The notes beneath the pieces were generated by a model that ran no database searches, was not told the DNA's origin, and saw only the letters and a program-made list of their open reading frames with translations. This document shows, piece by piece, positions 1 through 10,305 of a stretch of DNA of 64,000 nt (position 1 is the first letter of the stretch; each line of letters starts with the position of its first letter). This DNA is from Vicugna vicugna. Lineage: Eukaryota. The stretch covers positions 1 to 64,000 of the forward strand of contig MU058009.1 in assembly GCA_013265495.1 (NCBI GenBank), read 5' to 3'. Both the position numbers and the translations under genes were made by a program.

Positions 1-400
1 CGGGGCCGAGGCGCGGGCGGGCGGAGCGGGAGCGGCGGGGCCCCGCGGCCCGGGCGGGGCAGGAGGGCGGCAGGACCGGCAGGGGCCCCGCGGGCAGTGG
101 ACCCCCGCGTCCGGTGGACCCCCGAGTCCGATCCCACTAGCGGCCCGAATCCCCCCGTCACCTGTCCCGGACTTGCCCCTCCCTGCGGCCCTTCTGCGCG
201 GCTCACCGCCGTCCTCTCTGCGTCCCTTCACCTGGCTGCCGTGTAGCACCCACAAGGCGGAAACAGGGTGGAAAGGCCCTCGGAGAGACCTGTCACCTTC
301 TCTGTCGCCGAGAAGCCGGTGCAGGGAGCTCTCCTTGAGCTTGAGGAGCCTGGCTCGGCCAGGTGGCTTCTGTCTTGAACTGTAGATTCTTTTCCTCCCA
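1..400 (+). promoter_or_regulatory. TIRAP: CpG island tail at the TIRAP 5' end (promoter/exon 1 probably at or just left of the window edge)
   Basis: Very GC- and CpG-rich with GGGCGG boxes; lies ~6.4 kb upstream of the TIRAP coding exons; 17-bp tandem duplication at 97-113/114-130. Confidence 0.7.
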
Positions 401-1209
401 CAGTCTCCTCGCCTCCTCTGCTCCGGTCGCAGCCTCTCCCTCTGCCCTTCTGATGGCCTTTGTGACAGTGTTTCAGCGAGCACAGGGTTTTATTTAGGGT
501 TAAGGGCCTATCGAGGAATCCTGTACTTAATCATTTCTCGAACATCTACCGTGGGCTGGGCAACGTGTGACAGCAGTGAATAGGACAGTGCGCCCACGTC
601 CTCCTCCTGGAGACGTTAGAAATCACACACACCCCGACAAGTGCGGCTAAGAGACGGGAGGTGTGGACTACAAACCGCGGAGCTGACGCACCTAACCTAG
701 GCGACTCGGAGGGTCAGGAATGACCGATTGTCAGAGGAAGTCACATCTAGTTATTTTTAAAGCCTTTTTAAAAAACTGAACTGCCACCTGTGTCCAGAGA
801 AGTGCGCAGATCTTAAGTGTGCAGCTTACTCAGTATCACACAGTGAACAGTCCCGAGCAGCCGCGTTCAGAGTAAGTAAAACATTACTGGCACTCCAGAC
901 GCCCTCCTGTATTCCCGCTTCCAGAGACTACTTTCCCCTAAGGGTGACTGCTGTCCTGGCTTCTAACAACATAAATAGTTTTAGTTAATGATGAAATTCT
1001 GATACTTGGAATCATACTCAGGTACTTTTTGTGTATGATGTTTTATACTTAATATGTAGATTGCCCCACGTTGCATTTAGCAGTTCATTTCTTTTCACTG
1101 AAGTGTAATTTTGCACTTATGGATAGACCACAGTTTATTCTTACATTCTACTGGATATTTGATGGACTGAGCTTGGAGTTATTTTAAATACCACTGCTGA
1201 GGCATTCTT

Positions 1210-1405
1210 TTTTTTCTTTTTCCCCGACTGTTATGGTTTGTTTTTTACTTTAATTAGGTTTCTTTCTTTATTTATTTTGTTTAGGGGGGAGGGATGTACT
1301 TAGATTTACTTATTTACTTACTTTTTAGAGGAGGTACTGGGGATTGAACCCAGGACCTAGTGCATGCTAAGCACGTGCTCTACCACTTTGAGCTATACCC
1401 TCCCC
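1210..1405 (-). mobile_element. tRNA-derived SINE (camelid Vic-1-like)
   Basis: Reverse complement reads GGGGAGGGTATAGCTCAAAGTGGTAGAG...GGTTCAATCCCCAGTACCTCC plus A-rich tail; 16-bp TSD ctgctgag(g/a)cattctt at 1194-1209 and 1406-1421. Confidence 0.9.
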
Positions 1406-2024
1406 CTGCTGAGACATTCTTATGTTGGTCTTTTGGTCAATATTCATAAGCACTTCTGTTGAGTATATCCCTAGCAGTGGAACTGACCGCTGTGTTTGTG
1501 TTCGGCTGTAGTCTATAATGCCAGTTTTTCAAGCTCCTTGTACCAATTTACACTCCCATGGGCAGCACCAGAGTTCCTCCACTCTCTTACCAATACTTGA
1601 TATTGTCTGTCTTTTTCATTGCAGCCACTCTGCTGAGTGTTTGGGAAGTGGGGTTGCATTGAGGTTTAATTTGCATTTCTCTGATGACTAATAGATTGCT
1701 TATCTTTTCATATGTCTGTTGGGCATTAGGATATCCTTTTGTGAATTATCTGTTCAATTCTTCTGCCCATTTTTCCAAGAGATTGTCTCTCTTTTTCTTA
1801 CCAGTTGATTAGCGCTCTTAAAAATTCTGGATATGGTATACATTGGCTATATATATATTTTAAATATCTTCTCTCTCTCTCAGGTGATTGCCATTTCACT
1901 CTCCTAACAATGTCTTTTGAAAAACAGAAGTTCTTCATTTTAATATTGTCCAATTTATTATTTTTTCCCTTATGGTTCTATTATTTATGGCTAGTTTAAA
2001 AAGAAATCGTTGTCTATCTTGGGC

Positions 2025-2350
2025 GGGTAGGGGGTGGCTGAAATGGGTGAAGGTGGTCAAGAGGTATAAATTTCTAGTTATAAAATATATAAGTCCTGGG
2101 ATGTAATGTACAACATGGTGACAATGGTTAATAATACTCTACTGTATATTTGAGAGTGCCTAAGAGAGTAGCACTTAAAAGTTCTGATGATGAGAAAAAA
2201 ATTCGTAATTTTGTGTGCTAATGGATGTTACCTAGACTTATTGAGATGATTATCTCCCAATAGGTACACATACTGAATCATTGTGTTGTGCACCTGAAAT
2301 TAATGTAATGTTACATGTCAGTTATATCTCAATTTTTAAAAATCTGATAA
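2025..2350 (+). mobile_element. L1 3' end fragment (L1MA-like)
   Basis: L1 3'UTR motifs (gatgtaatgtacaacatggtgac; gttgtgcacctgaaattaatgtaatgttacatgtcagttatatctcaat) followed by an A-rich tail. Confidence 0.75.
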
Positions 2351-3069
2351 ATAATCAAAGATGCTAATCTCCTATATTTTCCTCTAAAAGCTTTATTGTT
2401 ATCCTCACAAATACCTACTATACATTTGAAAAAAAATTTTTTTTGATATAGTGTGATATATGGGTCAAGATTCATAAATAAATAAAAATAAACTAGCTGT
2501 ATTTTAGACACAAGGCTGTCTAAATTGACCCAGCACCATCTATTAAAAAGGCCAGCTTTCCCCCTGCACTGCAGTGTCAGCTTTGTCATAAATCAGGAGA
2601 CTGTATGGAAGGGGTCTGTTTTTGGACACCCTGTTCTTCATCTGTCTGACCTTGTGCACCAGTATCTCTGTGCCTTAATTACTGTTCCTTTAGAGTAAGT
2701 CTTTATTACTTTGGTAGTGGAAGTCCTCTTAAAGTTCCTCTCTAAAAATTGTAGGGTTTAAAAAAAATCTAACCCAGCCCCCAAGGTCATTTTCAAAAAT
2801 ATATAAATAGCAGTCATTTTGTAAGCTCAAAAGGGAACTAATGTATAAAGGCATAATTCGTAAACTGCATCCATCATTAAATCCACTGCTGACACAATCT
2901 ACATGGCATTCAGTGCCTGCGTATATTTATGTGAGACCTGCAGCAAAGTAAATACAAAATAAATTCACACCATTTCAGTTAAAAATGGCCTTGAGTACAT
3001 ATGCAGTTTAAAACAAAGGGAGTTTTTTTTAACTAAAAAACTGTTTTCCAAGATCCAGTTTGCTACTTT

Positions 3070-3856
3070 TTGTCGTTATCTCATAGTTTCTGCGGGTCAA
3101 AGGCCCGGGAAAGTCTTCTGCTGGGGTCTCACCTGGCCACAGTCCAGGTGTCAGCTGCGGCTTCGACGCCATCAGAGGTGCAAATGAGAAAAGATCCATT
3201 TCCAAGCCCCCTCGGGTTGTTTGTTGGCAGAATCCATCACCTTGCAGTTGTAGGACTGAGGTCTGTTTTCTTGCTGGCCATTAGCTGGACACCACTCGCA
3301 GCTTCTGGAGGCTGTCCAAAGTTCCTTGATACCTGGCCCTCTCATGACACGGAAAATTCTTCCAAGTCAGCAAGGGAGTGTCTCTCCAGGCTGCTGAGAT
3401 GGACTTTTACACCCGCATCCACACATATGCACATACATACATATGTACACACTATCCATGTATATATTTTATATATATATAATATATACACATCTTACAT
3501 GGTAAATATACATACTGAATGTATGTATGTATGCATATACATATATACACACATGATCTTATATATATATTTCCAGTTTCTAGAAGCTGCAGCAGTCCTT
3601 GCTCATGACCCCACGTTATATCAACCTCAGCTTCTGCTGTCACATCTCCACTCTCCCTCTTACCCTCCCACCTTCCTCTTCTAAGACTTTTGTGCTTACA
3701 TTTGGCCCACCTGGATGACCCAGGATAATCTTCCCATCTCCAGCTCCTTAATCACACCTGCAAAGTCTGCTTCTGTCAAGTCGGGTAGCTTCTTTTCCCT
3801 GGTTCTGAGGATTAAGAGGTGAACATCTTTGGGGGACCACCGTCCTGTCTACCACA
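3070..3856 (-). mobile_element. MaLR LTR (MLT1-type) with an internal (TA/CA)n low-complexity tract
   Basis: Minus strand starts tgtggtagacag...cccccaaagatgttcac...gactttgcaggtgtgattaag...gatgggaagattatcctgg, like the MLT1D 5' end; TA/CA tract at ~3420-3570. Confidence 0.75.
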
Positions 3857-5740
3857 GACAGTGATTCCGGCTTAACCCAAATGTAATGTGAGTTACACAG
3901 GATACAGATTCTAATCATAGGCCTGCATAGGTTTCAGTACATTCCCTGTATGATACATACTGGAGACCAGTTAGATACTGGAGAATATTTAATACACTTT
4001 GGATTTTACACAGTGAAACCTTATAGTATGTACCTCACGCATGAAGTTCCTTCATATAATATTGAACAAGCATCCCAGGAACACTGAAGGTGACATACTC
4101 TTGCTTGTTTTGAAGAAGGTTTTCACTAATTTTCTGTCAAGTCTTTGTAATTATCTCCAAAGTAGGTATTTAGGTCTCTATCTTCCTGCTGGATGAATTT
4201 CTTTTTAAAGCACAGGGAAAAGTGACTACACGTAAGGCCACACAACAAATCAGAGAACAGACAGAGATAGTGATGGAGATTTGAGTTCATTATCTTCTTA
4301 TCTGCTTGACAGCAATGGCTTCTATAGCTCGATATGTGACTATCATGAAATCTTGTAAAGATTAAAGCACATTTGAGTGCGATCGCTCCACGGCCTCAGC
4401 TGCACAAGAACGGAAAAGCAGCAAGGAAAGTGCAGTAGGGTTGTGGCTTCTAGGAAGCAGGCAGTGTGTATGGTTAATGGCACTTACCCGCACTCTTGCT
4501 CAATTATCCTGTGTCAGACATGCTGTTATTTCCTTTGTCTAAGCTTTTCCGTAACGTCGATCACTAGGGCTTTTACCAAGCCACTTTCAGTGGCTCTTAG
4601 GCAACTGGATTTCTTCTTAACCAAGCAATAAAAAAAGGCAGTTACCAAAAAGCACTGTGTATTGCCAAAAGGGTAAGTCATTTGATAAAATGAGAAACTG
4701 AAACTTTTAAATCTACATCCGTTAAGTGTTATGTTAATTTGGAACCTGTAGGCTATCATTAAAAATATCAAATAATTCTCAGTTTGTGAGTGGCTCAAAG
4801 ACAAATAGTGAATGTTCAAATTTAAATGCAATTAAAAATATTTAAATAATATCAAAAAGTGAGTGACATTATGTCTACTAAGAGGGGGGAGGGGAAAGAA
4901 CATCTTGAAAGGCTGCACTGAAGATATCAAGAGACAGCAACCCCTGAGCAGGAGAAGGATTTCAAAAGCTAACAGTGGTTACCAGGCATTGGCGCAACTT
5001 CACTACTTCTACGGTCTGAGATCCAGAGTATAGGATAGGAAAAGAAACACAGGCTCTTGCTAATGTTCTCCTTTTCATGTCCTTTTTGCTGGCTTGGCAG
5101 CTATCTGCTTTTCTTTTCCAAATATACCTTTGGCCCCATAGCCCTTTCCAATTCTTCCTTCTGTCCCCCGACCCCCACCCTCTGCTGCTGCAGCTTAAGT
5201 TCTCCTTTTTTTGAACTTGGATATGTTTTCGTGAGTCATCAGTATCTCTTGTCTTCTGTGCTTCATCTTGGCATAAGGGTGTTCAGCAGTTAGCAGAACA
5301 AAGCACTGTTGTCCAGCGCTGGTGGACAGCCTTTAAATTTTGGAAAAACTTGTCTCAGTATGTCTGTTCATACCAGTTGTTCTAACTGTTTTGACCTCTG
5401 CAGGTCCATCAAGTCGTGAGGAAGCAGACCTTGCTCTACAGCCAAGTTCTCCACCAGCCCTTCATCTTCAGAAGTGTCACTAGAATGTAGTGGCTTCATC
5501 ACAAATCAGGGCGGGCTCTGCTCCAGGCAGTGTCCTCCCAGAAACCTAGGCTGAAAGAGCCTCCACCATCAGGGACATTGGCTATTGTGGTAGACAGAGA
5601 ACATGGCAGGTTGCCCGTCTAAGGTACTCTTGGTCCTTTGCACTTCCATATACATTTAGAAGCCGTTTGACTATCCCTTCCCTCCAAAAACACAAAAACT
5701 TTCTGAAATTTGGGGTAGCATTGATCTAAAGAGTAGTTTT

Positions 5741-5883
5741 AGGGGGTAGGGTATAGCTCAGTGGTAGGGTGTATGCCTAGCATGCATGAGGTCTTGGGTT
5801 CAATCCCCAGTACCTCCACTAAAATAAACAAACAAACAAACCTAATTATGTCCCCCCTAAAAAAGCAAACAAAATTTTGTTAA
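5741..5883 (+). mobile_element. tRNA-derived SINE (camelid Vic-1-like) inserted in an L1 fragment
   Basis: gggtatagctcagtggtag (A box)...ggttcaatccc (B box); 12-bp TSD aaagagtagttt at 5728-5739 and 5884-5895. Confidence 0.9.
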
Positions 5884-6395
5884 AAAGAGTAGTTTGGGGA
5901 AAACTGATTATAATACTGAGTCTTCTAAACCATGAACATAACATATCCGTCCAATATCTGGATTATTTTAAACACATACTAACATACATAACACTGTTTT
6001 CTGGGCATTGTATGCGATGGACCGCTAGCAGTTTACACAGATCATCTCATGTAATCTCCACAGTAATGCTGAGCAGGCTCTAGCATCATTTCATGTCACA
6101 GATGGAAAATCTAAAGCTTGGCAAGATGGAGTCTGCCAAAAGCCCCGGTTAATAAGAGATCTGGGTGCTCTGCCTGCAGACTCTTCGGTCTTCACCCCTG
6201 TGTGACACTACCTCCCCGCGGACAGCTGAGGGAGATGGGGAGGGAGGGAGGGAGGGGTGGATGGAGGGAGTGATTCAGGGGAAGGCAGACTTGGAGGTTT
6301 CTTTACACATGCCCTCTCTCTACTGCTCAGCCTCTGTCTGCCTCGATACATAATTATTTGACCAAACAGCAATGGACGTTCTTCTCTGATTTCAG

Positions 6396-6519
6396 CATTT
6401 ACACAGGAAGTTCCTATAAAGAGCTGCCTGCTGGCCGCCCTTCCGCAGATCCCAAATGCTCTCCGAGCTGGGTGGAGCAGAGAACAGTCGCTGTCCTGGT
6501 CATGCTGAGTTCATATGCT
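6396..6519 (+). other. TIRAP: TIRAP 5'UTR non-coding exon (124 bp)
   Basis: Acceptor ttctctgatttcag| and strong donor |gtaagt; ~195 bp upstream of the first coding exon. Confidence 0.65.
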
Positions 6520-6805
6520 GTAAGTCTGACCGCTACAGAGGTCGGGGTTTATCTAGAAAGCAGCTCTCATCACAGGGCCATCTGTCCTTAATCCCGTAAG
6601 GGATGAGACTGAGCCTCTGTCAGGCACAAGGAGAGAACGAGCATCCAGAGCCTGTGCGCTGGGGCCGGGAGGAAGGGGAGTGTGGCTTTTGTGATCCTCT
6701 CTGTCTCTTGTAGGATGGCTGTTCCATGAGGTCAAGACTGGGTCCCCTCCCATCTCCCACTTTACCAATGCCTGGTCTCATGGGGTTAGTTTGGAGCCCA
6801 ACACT

Positions 6806-6872
6806 ATGGCATCATCAACCTCCTCCCCAGCTCCTCGCTCCAGGTCCAGGAAGCCTCTGGGCAGGATGGCTG
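6806..6872 (+). CDS. TIRAP: TIRAP/MAL coding exon 1 (exon starts at 6714): MASSTSSPAPRSRSRKPLGRMA
   Basis: Strong Kozak (actATGg); matches the known TIRAP N-terminus (MASSTS...KPLG.MA); acceptor ctcttgtag at 6713; donor G|gtgagt, phase 1, joins the next exon to give ADWFRQ. Confidence 0.93.
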
Positions 6873-7987
6873 GTGAGTGGATGCAGACTCCAAATTCCAG
6901 GAGGCTGCCTGGCCTGCATATGGGCCCTGGAGAGAGGCAGGAAGGCTGACGACAGGGGCTCCTGCCTTGACCTTGGTGCCCAGAGGCTCTGTGGGGAGCA
7001 AGAAGAGGAGGCGTCCATCAGGGAACCTTCAATCCTCTGGCTCACGGGTTTTCCAGGTGTGCTCAGCTCCTCTTCCCAGCCTGGAAACTACTGTGCTGAG
7101 TGCTTTACACTGTGTCTCTTGTCACCCACATCTTCAGAACCATTCCGAGGAAGGAGCCAAGCAGAGAGAGCAAACAAATCCATCTCCAGAACACCAGACT
7201 TTCTATCCCTGTCAGAAGGGGACAGCTGAATTGAAATCATCTAGAGTCCTCACAATATACCCGACACTCCATTATCTCAGTTAATCTTCAGCAACAGCTA
7301 AAATACAGATGAGGAAATGGAGACAGAAACTGACTTGCTTCAGATCATACAGAAAGCAAACAGCAGGTCCACAGTCAAATCTGTGCCCGACTCCAAAGCA
7401 TGGTTCTGAGTCATTCAGCTCCAAGCTCTCCAGGAGCTCTGAGCAGTGGCCGCCTCCCACACTTTACCCATTTAGCCACAAGCTCGGGTTTCTCAGGACC
7501 AAACACATGCCAATCCCTGCCCCTCTCTCCCTCCCATAATGGGGAGCCCCTTAATCGAAATCCATCTCCCCTCAGTGCTGAGAGCGGGTTTGGGAACTAA
7601 TCTTTACCAGCTTTGCGTCGTTCTACTTAACAGTCTCACAGGTGGTTGACTAGTCAGCTCGTGGGAAGTTCTGGTTAGGATAGGCTAGGGTTACCACGAA
7701 TCAAAGGGCCTGGAGCAGGCAGTCATTCTTCCCAGTCAGGCTGGTAAAAACAGCCAGAGTTCTTGTCTTTTTTTTTTTCTTCTCCTCTCTCATATTGTTA
7801 TACTAAAGTTGTTTGTGTGTTTTTTTAATTATTGAGGTATAATTGACATATAACATTCTATTAGCTTCAGATATACAACATAATGATTCCATATTTGTAT
7901 ACATTGTGAAATGGTCACCACAGTAAGTCTAGTTAATGTCCATCATCATACATAGTTACTGACTTCTGTTTCTTCTTGTGATGAGAA

Positions 7988-8112
7988 CTTTTTTTAGGGG
8001 AGGTGGTAATTAGGTTTATTTATTTACTTATTAGAGGAGGTACTGGGGATTGAACCCAGAACCTCCTGCATGCTAAGCATGTGCTCTACCACTTGAGCTA
8101 TACCCTCCCCTC
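7988..8112 (-). mobile_element. tRNA-derived SINE (camelid Vic-1-like) nested in an L1 3' fragment (~7820-8220)
   Basis: Same SINE body; perfect 17-bp TSD tcttcttgtgatgagaa at 7971-7987 and 8113-8129. Confidence 0.92.
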
Positions 8113-8416
8113 TCTTCTTGTGATGAGAAATTTTAAGGTCTACTCTCTTAGCAGCTTTCAAATATGCAATATGGTATTGTTAACTATAGCGGACAGGCTG
8201 GACATGACATCCCCAGCGACTTATAAAACAGCCAGAGTTTTATGTATCCCCAAACCTTTAAAGACAAGGGGGACTTTGGGGCAAGTCCGGAAGACTGTAC
8301 ACACTAGCAGAGCAGCAGGTGTGGAAATAAGGTGGGCAGGGGAGATGGGTAGGGTCCTGCCTGGGTGGCTCCTCCCTGCTGTGCACTGGGGGCCTGAGCA
8401 GTGTTTCTCCCCGCAG

Positions 8417-8587
8417 ACTGGTTCAGGCAGGCCCTGTCCAAGAAGGCCACGAAGACGCCCGTCTCCCCGGAATGCTCCCCCAGTGACATTTCACAGCCGA
8501 GCTCACGGGACAGCCCCTCACCCCTGGGCCCCTGCTCAGAGGCGTCGCCCACCCCCACAGCGACACGCGCAGGCGCCGAGAGCAGCC

Positions 8588-8628
<41 letters not shown>

Positions 8629-9058
8629 AGCGGCAGCAGCAGCAGCAGCGGCCGCTGGAGCAAGGACTACGATGTGTGCGTGTGCCACAGCGAGGAGGAC
8701 CTGGCGGCCGCCCAGGAGCTGGTCTCCTACCTGGAGGGCCACGCTGCCCGCCTGCGCTGCTTCCTGCAGCTTCGCGATGCCACCCCAGGCGGCGCCATCG
8801 TGTCCGAGCTGTGCCAGGCGCTGAGCAGCAGCCACTGCCGCGTGCTGCTCATCACCCCGGGCTTCCTCCGGGACCCGTGGTGCAGGTACCAGATGCTGCA
8901 GGCGCTGAGCGAGGCCCCCGGCGCGGAGGGCCGCACCATCCCGCTGATGTCAGGCCTCACCAGAGCCGCCTACCCCGCCGAGCTGCGTTTCATGTACTTC
9001 GTGGACGGCCGGGGCCCCGATGGCGGCTTTCGCCAAGTCCAGGAGGCTGTCCTGCGAT
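8417..9058 (+). CDS. TIRAP: TIRAP coding exon 2: PIP2-binding region, linker with poly-Gly, TIR domain
   Basis: [10 protein letters not shown]...[17 protein letters not shown]...[17 protein letters not shown]...[19 protein letters not shown]; acceptor ccccgcag|, donor T|gtaagc. Confidence 0.97.
8590..8628 (+). repeat. (GGC)13 coding trinucleotide repeat
   Basis: 13 perfect GGC units followed by AGC/GGC units, giving G13-SGSSSSSG. Confidence 0.97.
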
Positions 9059-9152
9059 GTAAGCTGTGGGGTGAAAGGAAGGGCGGGAAGGGGCTTCAGC
9101 CAGAGCGCCTGCTCTACTTTGGCTCTTAGGGGACGCCCACTGTGGCCCAGCA

Positions 9153-9472
9153 CGGGCGGATCTTGTATTGCACTTTGCTTTATTGCATTTAGCAGATACT
9201 GCGCGTTTTTACAAATTGGAGGTTTGCGGCAACGCTGCGTTGTCAGAAGATGGTTAGCCTTTTTTTAACCGATAAAACATTTTTTTTAAATTAAGTCCTG
9301 TGCATTGTTTAAAAAACATAATGCTGTTTGCATACTTAACAGACTACAGACTAGTGTACGCATCACTTTTATGTGCGCTGGGAAGCCAGAAAGATTTGCG
9401 TAACTCCCTTTACTGCCATGTTGGCTTTATCGCGGTGGTCTGGAACTGAACTCTCACTCTAAGGTGTGCCTG
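9153..9472 (+). mobile_element. Internally deleted Tigger1-type DNA transposon
   Basis: 5' part gctttattgcatttagcagatactgcgcgtttttacaaattggaggtttgcggcaac and 3' part ctttatcgcggtggtctggaactgaac...aaggtgtgcctg(ta) match both Tigger1 ends. Confidence 0.8.
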
Positions 9473-9494
9473 TAGTTCCAAATGCAGACTCTAG

Positions 9495-9690
9495 AAGACT
9501 GTGTTACTTGGGCAAGTTACTTAACTGCTCTGTGCCTGGGCTTTCTCATTGGTTAAATGATAGTGATACTGTATACCTAAATAAGTATATACACTAAGCA
9601 TTCAGAACAGGGCCTGGTACGTGTAAAGTACTCATAACAGGCAGGGCCTAGCGCACAAGTCCTCAATAAGTAATAGCCATTATTATCATT
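9495..9690 (+). mobile_element. MIR SINE fragment
   Basis: MIR core ttgggcaagttacttaactgctctgtgcct... Confidence 0.65.
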
Positions 9691-9985
9691 ATTAGTATTA
9701 ATAGTGTTAGGTTTCTCTCTCTGAGATCCAGTTGGAGATGACCACCAAGAGCTGGGAAGATGCCAGGAGGGACCCTGGTTTAGTATTGGTTTCGTAAGGC
9801 AAACAGGTGCAAAACAGTAGGAAAGACTTGCCTAAGACACACATACCCAGGGAAGGGGCATAATATTACAGTGGGTTTGTAAGTAAAATAGACCAAAATG
9901 TAGCAGAGGCAGGAGCCTGTTGGGGAAAACAGATGCTGGGATTTGAGGAGAGGGACAAGCCCTGTTTCTGTTTGGTCTCTTTCAG

Positions 9986-10005
9986 ATCTGCAGAGCCTCA
10001 GCTGA
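9986..10005 (+). CDS. TIRAP: TIRAP last coding exon (..YLQSLS*), followed by the 3'UTR
   Basis: Acceptor ggtctctttcag|; T|AT CTG CAG AGC CTC AGC TGA matches the human C-terminus YLQTLS; total CDS 729 nt = 242 aa. Confidence 0.92.
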
Positions 10006-10184
10006 CACTTTGCTCACCATGGGACCCAGAAAGTTGGAGCAAAGCAGGAAATGGAGTTAGAGAGCCCAGGGCCTTGCAGGGCTTGGATTCCAGCAGATAT
10101 GCTGAGTTGTAAGGAATGAGTTGGCAGCATGTTGTATGTGACCCTCCCTGGGATCTGATTGCCTATGCCTTCCATTACTGTGGG

Positions 10185-10305
10185 CTCCCAGGAAGGCCCC
10201 GGGGAAACTGGGGACCCTCCCAGGAAAGGCAGTGAGGAAGCTGGGGACTCCCCCAGGAAGGCCTGGGGAAGCTGGGGACTCCCCCAGGAAGGCCATGGGG
10301 AAGCC
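10185..10305 (+). repeat. 31-33-bp minisatellite (~3.5 copies) in the TIRAP 3'UTR
   Basis: Unit ggggaagctggggactcccccaggaaggcc(a)t with copies starting at 10201, 10234, 10265 and 10297 (partial). Confidence 0.85.

Larger units (their letters stand above)
770..2730 (-). mobile_element. Old L1 (L1M-type) fragments, antisense, interrupted by a SINE and a sense L1 3' end
   Basis: Typical antisense L1 3'-region motifs (ttgtaccaatttacactccc; ttaatttgcatttctctgatgactaat; cagcaccatctattaaaaag). Boundaries approximate. Confidence 0.75.

Noticed and set aside
3070..3684. 204-aa ORF
   Set aside because: Lies in an MLT1 LTR plus a TA/CA microsatellite; non-ATG start; low complexity.
5404..5623. Possible extra TIRAP 5'UTR exon (ctaac branch, ctctgcag acceptor, aag|gtactc donor)
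   Set aside because: Weak donor and overlap with repeat-like sequence; cannot be supported without transcripts.
5741..5820. tRNA-like gene (A and B boxes)
   Set aside because: Has a SINE tail and TSDs and four sister copies in the window; it is a SINE, not a tRNA.
8081..8416. 5' part of the 247-aa ORF
   Set aside because: Starts at a GTG within a SINE in an intron; only the part from 8417 is considered, as the spliced alt-frame ORF.
8304..8835. Antisense poly-Pro and poly-Ala ORFs over the GGC repeat
   Set aside because: Shadow frames of a GC-rich exon; no independent support.
10185..10305. CRISPR-like array
   Set aside because: No unique spacers, no cas genes, eukaryotic context; it is a minisatellite.
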